From NCBI GenBank assembly GCA_964016885.1, contig OZ024740.1:108686001-108750000 (forward strand): a stretch of DNA of 64,000 bases, in the 5' to 3' direction. The notes beneath the pieces are model-generated. The model ran no database searches. It worked only from the letters and a program-made list of their open reading frames with translations, and was not told the DNA's origin. Origin of the DNA: Eledone cirrhosa (taxonomy: Eukaryota). Position numbers and translations under genes: made by a program. Shown here one piece after another: positions 28,501 through 40,956 of the stretch (position 1 is the first letter of the stretch; every line of letters begins with the position of its first letter).

Positions 28501-31500
28501 TTGTAATGAAAGGGTTGATGACATAGGCAGTGTCTTTCATTAGAAATATAGTAATGAAATGGTTGATGACATAGGCAGTGTCTTTCATTAGAAATATTGT
28601 AATGAAAGGGTTGATGACATAGGCAGTGTCTTTCATTAGAAATATAGTAATGAAAGGGTTGATGACATAGGCAGTGTCTTTCATTAGAAATATTGTAATG
28701 AAAGGGTTGATGACATAGGCAGTGTCTTTCATTAGAAATATAGTAATGAAAGGGTTGATGACATAGGCAGTGTCTTTCATTAGAAATATAGTAATGAAAG
28801 GGTTGATGACATAGGCAGTGTCTTTCATTAGAAATATTGTAATGAAAGGGTTGATGACATAGGCAGTGTCTTTCATTAGAAATATAGTAATGAAAGGGTT
28901 GATGACATAGGCAGTATCATCATTAGAAATATAGTAATGAAAGGGTTGATGACATAGGCAGTGTCTTTCATTAGAAATATTGTAATGAAAGGGTTGATGA
29001 CGTAGGCAGTGTCTTTCATTAGAAATATAGTAATGAAAGGGTTGATGACATAGGCAGTGTCTTTCATTAGAAATATTGTAATGAAAGGGATGATGACATA
29101 GGCAGTGTCTTTCATTAGAAATATAGTAATGAAAGGGTTGATGACATAGGCAGTGTCTTTCATTAGAAATATTGTAATGAAAGGGTTGATGACATAGGCA
29201 GTGTCTTTCATTAGAAATATAGTAATGAAAGGGTTGATGACATAGGCAGTGTCTTTCATTAGAAATATAGTAATGAAAGGGTTGATGACATAGGCAGTAT
29301 CATCATTAGAAATATAGTAATGAAAGGGTTGATGACATAGGCAGTGTCATCATTAGAAATATAGTAATGAAAGGGTTGATGACATAGGCAGTGTCTTTCA
29401 TTAGAAATATAGTAATGAAAGGGTTGATGACATAGGCAGTGTCATCATTAGAAATATTGTAATGAAAGGGTTGATGACATAGGCAGTGTCTTTCATTAGA
29501 AATATTGTAATGAAAGGGTTGATGACATAGGCAGTGTCTTTCATTAGAAATATAGTAATGAAAGGGTTGATGACATAGGCAGTGTCATCATTAGAAATAT
29601 AGTAATGAAAGGGTTGATGACATAGGCAGTGTCATCATTAGAAATATAGTAATGAAAGGGTTGATGACATAGGCAGTGTCTTTCATTAGAAATATAGTAA
29701 TGAAAGGGTTGATGACATAGGCAGTATCATCATTAGAAATATAGTAATGAAAGGGTTGATGACATAGGCAGTGTCATCATTAGAAATATAGTAATGAAAG
29801 GGTTGATGACATAGGCAGTGTCTTTCATTAGAAATATAGTAATAAAAGGGTTGATGACATAGGCAGTGTCATCATTAGAAATATTGTAATGAAAGGGTTG
29901 ATGACATAGGCAGTGTCTTTCATTAGAAATATTGTAATGAAAGGGTTGATGACATAGGCAGTGTCTTTCATTAGAAATATAGTAATGAAAGGGTTGATGA
30001 CATAGGCAGTGTCTTTCATTAGAAATATTGTACTGAATGGATTAATGACATAGGCAGTGTCTTTCATTAGAAATATAGTAATGAAAGGGTTGATGACATA
30101 GGCAGTGTCTTTCATTAGAAATATAGTAATGAAAGGGTTGACGACATAGGCAGTGTCTTTCATATGAAAGGGTTGATGACATAGGCAGTGTCTTTCATTA
30201 GAAATATTGTAATGAAAGGGTTGATGACATAGGCAGTGTCTTTCATTAGAAATATTGTAATGAAAGTGTTGATGACATAGGCAGTGTCTTTCATTAGAAA
30301 TATTGTAATGGAAGGGTTGATGACATAGGCAGTATCATCATTAGAAATATAGTAATGAAAGGGTTGATGACATAGGCAGTGTCATCATTAGAAATATAGT
30401 AATGAAAGGGTTGATGACATAGGCAGTGTCTTTCATTAGAAATATTGTAGTGAAAGGGTTGATGACATAGGCAGTGTCTTTCATTAGAAATATTGTAATG
30501 AAAGTGTTGATGACATAGGCAGTGTCTTTCATTAGAAATATAGTAATGAAAGGGTTGATGACATAGGCAGTATCATCATTAGAAATATAGTAATGAAAGG
30601 GTTGATGACATAGGCAGTGTCATCATTAGAAATATAGTAATGAAAGGGTTGATGACATAGGCAGTGTCTTTCATTAGAAATATAGTAATGAAAGGGTTGA
30701 TGACATAGGCAGTGTCATCATTAGAAATATTGTAATGAAAGGGTTGATGACATAGGCAGTGTCTTTCATTAGAAATATTGTAATGAAAGGGTTGATGACA
30801 TAGGCAGTGTCTTTCATTAGAAATATAGTAATGAAAGGGTTGATGACATAGGCAGTGTCTTTCATTAGAAATATTGTACTGAATGGATTAATGACATAGG
30901 CAGTGTCTTTCATTAGAAATATAGTAATGAAAGGGTTGATGACATAGGCAGTGTCATCATTAGAAATATAGTAATGAAAGGGTTGATGACATAGGCAGTG
31001 TCATCATTAGAAATATAGTAATGAAAGGGGTGATGACATAGGCAGTGTCTTTCATTAGAAATATTGTACTGAATGGATTAATGACATAGGCAGTGTCATC
31101 ATTAAAAATATTGTAATGAAAGGGTTGATGACATAGGCAGTGTCATCATTAGAAATATAGTACTGAAATGGTTGATGACATAAGCAGTGTCTTTCATTAG
31201 AAATATTGTAATGAATGGATTAATGACATAGGCAGTGTCATCATTAGAAATATTGTAATGAAATGGTTGATGACATAGGCAGTATCATCATTAGAAATAT
31301 AGTAATGAAAGGGTTGATGACATAGGCAGTATCATCATTAGAAATATAGTAATGAAAGGGTTGATGACATAGGCAGTGTCTTTCATTAGAAATATTGTAA
31401 TGAAAGGGTTGATGACATAGGCAGTGTCTTTCATTAGAAACATAGTAATGAAAGGGTTGATGACATAGGCAGTGTCTTTCATTAGAAATATAGTAATGAA

Positions 31501-34500
31501 AGGGTTGATGACATAGGCAGTGTCTTTCATATGAAAGGGTTGATGACATAGGCAGTGTCTTTCATTAGAAATATTGTAATGAAAGGGTTGATGACATAGG
31601 CAGTGTCTTTCATTAGAAATATTGTAGTGAAAGGGTTGATGACATAGGCAGTGTCTTTCATTAGAAATATTGTAATGAAAGTGTTGATGACATAGGCAGT
31701 GTCTTTCATTAGAAATATTGTAATGGAAGGGTTGATGACATAGGCAGTGTCTTTCATTAGAAATATAGTAATGAAAGGGTTGATGACATAGGCAGTGTCT
31801 TTCATTAGAAATATTGTACTGAATGGATTAATGACATAGGCAGTGTCTTTCATTAGAAGTATAGTAATGAAAGGGTTGATGACATAGGCAGTGTCTTTCA
31901 TTAGAAATATAGTAATGAAAGGGTTGATGACATAGGCAGTGTCTTTCATTAGAAATATAGTAATGAAAGGGTTGATGACATAGGCAGTGTCTTTCATTAG
32001 AAATATTGCACTGAATGGATTAATGACATAGGCAGTGTCATCATTAGAAATATTGTAATGAAAGGGTTGATGACATAGGCAGTGTCATCATTAGAAATAT
32101 AGTACTGAAAGGGTTGATAACATAAGCAGTGTCTTTCATTAGAAATAATGTAATGAAAGGGTTGATGACATAGGCAGTGTCATCATTAGAAATATAGTAA
32201 TGAAAGGGTTGATGACATAGGCAGTGTCTTTCATTAGAAATAGTGTACTGAATGGATTAATGACATAGGCAGTGTCATCATTAGAAATATTGTAATGAAA
32301 GGGTTGATGACATAGGCAGTGTCATCATTAGAAATATAGTACTTAAAGGGTTGATGACATGAGCAGTGTCTTTCATTAGAAATATTGTAATGAAAGGGTT
32401 GATGACATAGGCAGTGTCTTTCATTAGAAATATTGTAATGAAAGGGTTGATGACATAGGCAGTGTCTTTCATTAGAAATATTGTAATGAAAGGGTTGATG
32501 ACATAGGCAGTGTCTTTAATTAGAAATATAGTAATGAAAGGGTTGATGACATAGGCAGTGTCTTTCATTAGAAATATTGTAATGAATGGATTAATGACAA
32601 GCAGTGTCTTTCATTAGAAATATTGTACTGAATGGATTAATGACATAGGCAGTGTCATCATTAGAAATATTGTAATGAAATGGTTGATGACATAGGCAGT
32701 GTCATCATTAGAAATATAGTAATGAAAGGGTTGATGACATAGGCAGTATCATCATTAGAAATATAGTAATGAAAGGGTTGATGACATAGGCAGTGTCTTT
32801 CATTAGAAATATTGTAATGAAAGGGTTGATGACATAGGCACTGTCTTTCATTAGAAATATTGTACTGAATGGATTAATGACATAGGCAGTGTCATCATTA
32901 GAAATATTGTAATGAAATGGTTGATGACATAGGCAGTGTCATCATTAGAAATATAGTAATGAAAGGGTTGATGACATAGGCAGTATCATCATTAGAAATA
33001 TAGTAATGAAAGGGTTGATGACATAGGCAGTGTCTTTCATTAGAAATATAGTAATAAAAGGGTTGATGACATAGGCAGTGTCTTTCATTAGAAATATTGT
33101 ACTGAATGGATTAATGACATAGGCAGTGTCTTTCATTAGAAATATAGTAATGAAAGGGTTGATGACATAGGCAGTGTCTTTCATTAGAAATATAGTAATG
33201 AAAGGGTTGATGACATAGGCAGTATCATCATTAGAAATATAGTAATGAAAGGGTTGATGACATAGGCAGTGTCTTTCATTAGAAATATTGTAATGAAAGG
33301 GTTGATGACATAGGCAGTGTCTTTCATTAGAAATATAGTAATGAAAGGGTTGATGACATAGGCAGTGTCTTTCATTAGAAATATAGTAATGAAAGGGTTG
33401 ATGACATAGGCAGTCTCTTTCATTAGAAATATAGTAATAAAAGGGTTGATGATATAGGCAGTGTCTTTCATATGAAGGGGTTGATGACATAGGCAGTGTC
33501 TTTCATTAGAAATATAGTAATGAAAGGGTTGATGACATAGGCAGTGTCTTTCATTAGAAATATTGTAATGAAAGGGATGATGACATAGGCAGTGTCTTTC
33601 ATTAGAAATATAGTAATGAAAGGGTTGATGACATAGGCAGTGTCTTTCATTAGAAATATTGTACTGAATGGATTAATGACATAGGCAGTGTCTTTCATTA
33701 GAAATATAGTAATGAAAGGGTTGATGACATAGGCAGTGTCATCATTAGAAATATAGTAATGAAAGGGTTGATGACATAGGCAGTGTCATCATTAGAAATA
33801 TAGTAATGAAAGGGTTGATGACATAGGCAGTATCATCATTAGAAATATAGTAATGAAAGGGTTGATGACATAGGCAGTGTCTTTCATTAGAAATATTGTA
33901 ATGAAAGGGTTGATGACATAGGCAGTGTCTTTCATTAGAAATATAGTAATGAAAGGGTTGATGACATAGGCAGTGTCTTTCATTAGAAATATAGTAATGA
34001 AAGGGTTGATGACATAGGCAGTGTCTTTCATTAGAAATATTGTACTGAATGGATTAATGACATAGGCAGTGTCTTTCATTAGAAATATAGTATTGAAAGG
34101 GTTGATGACATAGGCAGTATCATCATTAGAAATATAGTAATGAAAGGGTTGATGACATAGGCAGTGTCTTTCATTAGAAATATAGTAATGAAAGGGTTGA
34201 TGACATAGGCTGTGTCTTTCATTAGAAATATTGTAATGAAAGGGTTGATGACATAGGCAGTATCTTTCATTAGAAATATTGTAATGAAAGGGTTGATGAC
34301 ATAGGCAGTGTCTTTCATTAGAAATATTGTACTGAATGGATTAATGACATAGGCAGTGTCATCATTAGAAATATTGTAATGAAATGGTTGATGACATAGG
34401 CAGTGTCATCATTAGAAATATAGTAATGAAAGGGTTGATGACATAGGCAGTATCATCATTAGAAATATAGTAATGAAAGGGTTGATGACATAGGCAGTGT

Positions 34501-37212
34501 CTTTCATTAGAAATATAGTAATGAAAGGGTTGATGACATAGGCAGTGTCTTTCATTAGAAATATTGTACTGAATGGATTAATGACATAGGCAGTGTCTTT
34601 CATTAGAAATATAGTAATGAAAGGGTTGATGACATAGGCAGTGTCTTTCATTAGAAATATAGTAATGAAAGGGTTGATGACATAGGCAGTATCATCATTA
34701 GAAATATAGTAATGAAAGGGTTGATGACATAGGCAGTGTCTTTCATTAGAAATATTGTAATGAAAGGGTTGATGACATAGGCAGTGTCTTTCATTAGAAA
34801 TATAGTAATGAAAGGGTTGATGACATAGGCAGTGTCTTTCATTAGAAATATAGTAATGAAAGGGTTGATGACATAGGCAGTCTCTTTCATTAGAAATATA
34901 GTAATAAAAGGGTTGATGACATAGGCAGTGTCTTTCATATGAAGGGGTTGATGACATAGGCAGTGTCTTTCATTAGAAATATAGTAATGAAAGGGTTGAT
35001 GACATAGGCAGTGTCTTTCATTAGAAATATTGTAATGAAAGGGATGATGACATAGGCAGTGTCTTTCATTAGAAATATAGTAATGAAAGGGTTGATGACA
35101 TAGGCAGTGTCTTTCATTAGAAATATTGTAATGAAAGGGTTGATGACATAGGCAGTATCATCATTAGAAATATAGTAATGAAAGGGTTGATGACATAGGC
35201 AGTGTCTTTCATTAGAAATATTGTAATGAAAGGGTTGATGACATAGGCAGTGTCTTTCATTAGAAATATAGTAATGAAAGGGTTGATGACATAGGCAGTG
35301 TCTTTCATTAGAAATATAGTAATGAAAGGGTTGATGACATAGGCAGTGTCTTTCATTAGAAATATAGTAATGAAAGGGTTGATGACATAGGCAGTATCAT
35401 CATTAGAAATATAGTAATGAAAGGGTTGATGACATAGGCAGTGTCTTTCATTAGAAATATTGTACTGAATGGATTAATGACATAGGCAGTGTCTTTCATT
35501 AGAAATATAGTAATGAAAGGGTTGATGACATAGGCAGTGTCATCATTAGAAATATAGTAATGAAAGGGTTGATGACATAGGCAGTGTCATCATTAGAAAT
35601 ATAGTAATGAAAGGGTTGATGACATAGGCAGTATCATCATTAGAAATATAGTAATGAAAGGGTTGATGACATAGGCAGTGTCTTTCATTAGAAATATTGT
35701 AATGAAAGGGTTGATGACATAGGCAGTGTCTTTCATTAGAAATATAGTAATGAAAGGGTTGATGACATAGGCAGTGTCTTTCATTAGAAATATAGTAATG
35801 AAAGGGTTGATGACATAGGCAGTGTCTTTCATTAGAAATATTGTACTGAATGGATTAATGACATAGGCAGTGTCTTTCATTAGAAATATAGTATTGAAAG
35901 GGTTGATGACATAGGCAGTATCATCATTAGAAATATAGTAATGAAAGGGTTGATGACATAGGCAGTGTCTTTCATTAGAAATATAGTAATGAAAGGGTTG
36001 ATGACATAGGCTGTGTCTTTCATTAGAAATATTGTAATGAAAGGGTTGATGACATAGGCAGTGTCTTTCATTAGAAATATAGTAATGAAAGGGTTGATGA
36101 CATTTGCAGTGTCTTTCATTAGAAATATAGTAATGAAAGGGTTAATGACATAGGCAGTGTCTTTCATTAGAAATGAGGTAAGTAAAGGGTTGATGACATA
36201 GGCAGTGTCTTTCATTAGAAATATTGTAATGAATGGATTAATGACATAGGCAGTGTCATCATTAGAAATATTGTAATGCAAGGGTTGATGACATAGGCAG
36301 TGCCTTTCATTAGAAATGAGGTAAGTAAAGGGTTGATGACATAGGCAGTGTCTTTCATTAGAAATATTGTACTGAATGGATTAATGACATAGGCAGTGTC
36401 TTTCATTAGAAATATAGTAATGAAAGGGTTGATGACATAGGCTGTGTCTTTCATTAAAAATATTGTACTGAATGGATTAATGACATAGGCAGTGTCATCA
36501 TTAGAAATATAGTAATGAAAGGGTTGATGACATATGCAGTGTCTTTCATTAGAAATATTGTAATGAAAGGGTTGATGACATAGGCAGTGTCTTTCATTAG
36601 AAATATTGTAATGAAAGGGTTGATGACATAGGCAGTGTCTTTCATTAGAAATATTGTAATGAAAGGGTTGATGACATAGGCAGTGTCTTTCATTAGAAAT
36701 ATTGTAATGAAAGGGTTGATGACATAGGCAGTGTCTTTCATTAGAAATATTGTAATGAAAGGGTTGATGACATAGGCAGTCTCTTTCATTAGAAATATAG
36801 TAATGAAAGGGTTGATGACATAGGCAGTGTCTTTCATTAGAGATATTGTAATGAAAGGGTTGATGACATAGGCAGTGTCTTTCATTAGAAATATAGTAAT
36901 GAAAGGGTTGATGACATAGGCAGTGTCTTTCATTAGAAATATTGTAATGAAAGGGTTGATGACATAGGCAGTGTCTTTCATAAGAAATATAGTAATGAAA
37001 GGGTTGATGACATAGGCAGTGTCTTTCTTTAGAAATATAGTAATGAAAGGGTTGATGACATAGGCAGTGTCTTTCATTAGAAATATAGTAATGAAAGGGT
37101 TGATGACATAGGCAGTATCATCATTAGAAATATAGTAATGAAAGGGTTGATGACATAGGCAGTGTCTTTCATTAGAAATATTGTAATGAAAGGGTTGATG
37201 ACATAGGCAGTG

Positions 37213-37231
37213 TCTTTCATTAGAAATATAG
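37213..37231 (+). repeat. Apparent target-site duplication, left copy (TCTTTCATTAGAAATATAG), element 1
   Basis: The same 19-mer restarts the satellite at 42120-42138. In a tandem array a 29-bp target deletion would look identical; a TSD is more parsimonious. Confidence 0.8.
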
Positions 37232-37494
37232 GTTTCTTTTATTTGCCACTAGGGCATCAAAAGTGGGACAAGTACAAAGGGGGGAGTTTACACAAAAAGG
37301 CGTCCTCAATAAGGAGGAGGCAATAACAAAATATAAAAATAAAATAAGATATAACAAAAAATAAAATTTTTAACAAAATCCTCAATAGAGAGGAGGCGCC
37401 TTGGGGGGTCGCACACACCCCCGAAAAAAGTGTGCAACCCTTCTCCTCAGGAGCACAGAGAAGGGGTGCTCCCTTGATCTTTCATCTTCCTCAC
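37232..37494 (-). other. 3' UTR of element 1 (263 nt) with several stem-loops and a U-rich tract
   Basis: Lies between the ORF2 TAG (37495-37497) and the satellite junction. The equivalent in copy 2 is 51217-51479. Confidence 0.85.
37238..37243 (-). promoter_or_regulatory. Polyadenylation signal AATAAA, element 1
   Basis: The minus strand ends ...GGCAAATAAAAGAAAC at the junction. Confidence 0.6.
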
Positions 37495-40400
37495 CTATAG
37501 TCTGATGTAGAGTGAAGGCCCATTCACACGGGCCATTCTCGCCACTTTCACCCATCTTTCATAAAAACGGCTGGGGTGCAGCACCTCTCTCTCCATCCTG
37601 ATCCTTCTTCCGAAATGATAACGGAAGAAACGGACCAGTTGTTGGCCAGAGAGAAAGGTGCCTGACCTCAGTCCTTTCAGACGCATCCACCATACAACCT
37701 CTTTCGCCATGGCTATTACGCACAGAAACACCGCCTCTGCTTCATCTTTGAAGGGGGGAGGCGGCTTGATCATTACAATAGACTCGGTGGTCAACCGGAT
37801 CGGTCCCACCCTTGACAGCAGTTGTTCGACATAGCCCCACAGATCGGCTACGCCCGAGCAGTGTACCAATGCGTGTGCAACGGTTTCCTCGTCGCACACG
37901 CATCTGGGACAGATCTTTTTGGCGGGGTCCCTACCCGGGCGCCCGTGTCTGTAGAGCCTTTCTCGAACGGGTAAAGCCCCTCGGTAGCACTGCCAGGCCA
38001 GGGACTTCTGGAAGTTGTCCATAGGTCCCGGGCTGAATGTCCTACCGAACAGGCTGGCCAGTTCGTCCTCCTCCATGTCTAGGGCTTCTCCGAGGGCGTC
38101 GTCGCACCTGCTGCGTACCAGCCCTCTATAGAATGTTGAGGTGGAGTCTCCACTGATAACCGGATCCGCCTGCCAGAGGGCGGTGAGCGCCTGGGCACAC
38201 TCAGTGTGCCAGGCGCCCAGTTTTCTCGGTCTTTGCTTGACCCAGGATTGCAGCTCGGTGAGTGAGACGAGTCTGGGAAAGGTTCGTCTCACAAACGAGG
38301 CCCACACCGGTTGTCCGGTGAGGAATACGTAGAGGTGCCGTAGCCTTAATGCGTGTTTACGCATCATTAGCCACGGCATCCCCAGCCCTCCTTTCGAAGG
38401 GTGTTGACAGCAGATGGATCTCCTCACCATAGGAGCCCGCCTCTTCCAAAGGAATTGGAAGAGCGCGCGCTCCATCTTGGTGAGGGTTTCCCTTGGGCAG
38501 GGCACTACGGTCAGGCGGTAGTAGATGACGGACGCTATGTAGGTGTTCGCCACCTCCGCCCGACCTTTCAGGGATAGTTTGCAACTGGCCCACTTCTGGG
38601 TCAGTGCAAACACCCTGTTCGTAACCTCCGCCCAGTTTTTCTCCACCTGGAGGTCCGGTCCGAACCAGACCCCGAGCAACTTCACCGGGCCCTCCGTCCA
38701 GCGTCCGACGACGCCATCGGAGGGCATCGGTCTGCCCCTCCACGTGCCGAGTTGCAAACCGATCGACTTGTCCCGGTTCAGCTTAGCCCCTGTGAACTTT
38801 TCGTACTCCTCCAGTAAGGTGCCGACCGCCTCGATTTCGGAGGCCGTCGACACCATTACTGTCACGTCATCGGCGTAGGCCGACACCGCTTTCCGCAATC
38901 CCGGTTCCAAAGGGATGCCCTGCAACAACTCCAACTTCCGCAGTAGTGGCTCGAGAGTCAACACATACAGAAGGGAGGAGAGAGGGCACCCTTATCGGAT
39001 GGACCGCGCAATTTTGAACGGCTCCGAGAGGTAGCCGTTCACCTTGACCCTAGAGCAGATGCGGCTGCTGTGCATAGCAGTGATCCAGCCCCTGAAAACG
39101 GGTCCGAAGCCTGCCGCCGCTAGCACCGCATCCAGGTAACCATGGTCGACCCTATCGAACGCCTTAGATTGATCCAAGTTGATCAGAGCCCCACCAAAGC
39201 CGGGTTCGTTCCCAACCCTCTCTATGATGTATCGCATGAGGTGGAGGTTGTCATGGATGGACCTGGACGGGATAGCGCATGTCTGCACATCTCCCACCAG
39301 GTTGCCCACGACAAGCGCCAACCTCTTTGCTAGCACCTTGGCCAAAATCTGTAACTCTGTATTTAGCAGAGTTATGGGCCTGAAGTTACTTATTTCGTCC
39401 CCCTTGTTCTCGTCCTTCCTCACTAGCGTGACTATGCCCTTGGTCACAGTACAGGGAATTCTCCCGTTCTGTTGCCAGTTGCAGTAGACCGCCTCGAGGA
39501 GATCGGGGAACAAGTCCGGCATAGCTAGATATAATTCGTAAGGAAGACCATCGAGACCCGGGGATTTGCGTTTGCCGCATTGGCTCAGCACGTCCTCTAT
39601 CTCAGCGGCCGAAATCGGCTCCTCGCAGGACTTCGCCTCCCTGTCCGAGAGGCGCGGCAGGCCGTCGAGGTATGGACCGAAGTCCACGTTCCCAACCGGC
39701 TCCCCGCCCCTCCCGAACAGTCGGGCAAAGTGCCTTTGAAAGGCCTCACACATCTGCTTAGGCTCAAGAATCGCCCGTCCATCCAGGTCTCGCAAAGACC
39801 GGATGGTGGATTTAGTTCCACTGTTGGCCTCTGTCACGCGGGCCCAGCCAACAGCTTTGGTCCCCTCGTTCCCTAGAGCACGTATTTTACTTCGGACAAC
39901 GCAGCCTTCGTGCTTCGCGTAAAAAAACTGGCTCAAAGCCGTTCTCGACGCTAGCACTCTGGCCACGTCGCCGCTTCTAATTGCCTCTTCTACTCTATCT
40001 ATTAGCTCCCTTTCCTTCCTATTCCTATCCGCAGCTAGAACCTTACTAAATTCTATCGAGACTACTCTAATCTCTCTCTTTAGAGATACCCACCATCTGC
40101 TGTTGACGATCGCTCCAGTCAACCGTTCCTTAACTAACGTACTAATCCGATTCCTGTAGGCTCTACTTGCCGGCAAGGACAAGTTGAGCTTCCAGTAACC
40201 GGGGCCCTGTCTATGAGTTCTGTCAAGGTTGACCATGCAGGTCACTAATTTGTGGTCTGAATAGCCAACCATGCGCATTTTTGGACAACTTAAAAAGTCC
40301 TTATCCTTAATTCTAACTAAGAACCTATCTAGGTACGACCTAGATGATCCGCTACGATTTGCCCAAGTCCAGGTTGGCGCAGTCGGAACATCTAGTCGAT

Positions 40401-40932
40401 ATCTATCGGCCAGGTCAAATCGACCGATTAACCCTTTGAGGCTATTACACCCCTCTCTATCGGGGCAGACCCCTACGTAGTCCCAGCGTGCATCTAGGAT
40501 ACCATTCCAGTCCCCCACTAATAGCAAGGAGCGGGACGTCCCTAGAAAAGTCTCCAGACGATGGAAGAAGTCCGGCCGCATTGACCCGAAAGGGCCGTAG
40601 GCGGCTACCAACCTAAACGCTCCGCCTTTACCACTGCCAAGGTCTAGAACCACTAGTCGACCCTCCGGGTCCAAATGTACCATCTGTGTTGCGAGACCCA
40701 GATGTTTTTGCAGCAGAACGACAACTCCACCCCCACCTCCGGGCTGACAGAGAGATGCGTGCATCTCAAAGTCATCAAAGGTGGGGGCCAGCTGTCGCAC
40801 GTTGCTGATCCGGGCCTCGCAAATAACCATAACATCTATACGTTGTGACCTGAGGTCATTTAGAAGCATTGCTTGCTTCCAAGTTGAGCCCAGGCCACGC
40901 GCATTTAAACAGCCTACTCTTAGCATAGCCAT
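37495..40932 (-). pseudogene. Retrotransposon ORF2 (APE endonuclease - reverse transcriptase - C-terminal zinc finger) interrupted by one in-frame TAA at 38992-38994
   Basis: Endonuclease motifs: CLNARGL, ICE, AYGP, VGDWN, YLDR, SDH. RT motifs: KSPGLDG, FRPITLLN, DQSKAFDRV, R*GCPLS, AYADD, LLGV. C-terminal CPRC-x8-H-x4-C. Track ORFs 38992-40956 and 37495-38964 are in the same frame. First ATG at 40932 lies in the context ACCAACATGG. Confidence 0.92.
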
Positions 40933-40956
40933 GTTGGTGGTGAAGAGAAAAGGCAC

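Larger units (their letters stand above)
1..37231. repeat. 48-bp satellite tandem array, left block (continues beyond window start)
   Basis: Uninterrupted head-to-tail copies of TCTTTCATTAGAAATATAGTAATGAAAGGGTTGATGACATAGGCAGTG. Recurrent variants include TATTGT, TTGTACTGAATGGATTAATGAC, GAGGTAAGT, the 47-bp GTCATCATT type and the 35-bp CATATGAA type. Confidence 0.99.

Noticed and set aside
1-37231. CRISPR-like array (palindromic repeat next to an RT/nuclease gene)
   Set aside because: No unique spacers: monomers abut directly. No cas genes, and the neighbouring genes are a eukaryotic LINE.
38992-40956. Group II intron, retron or other bacterial RT system
   Set aside because: The N-terminal APE endonuclease, separate zinc-knuckle ORF1, C-terminal CCHC and TSD define a non-LTR retrotransposon.
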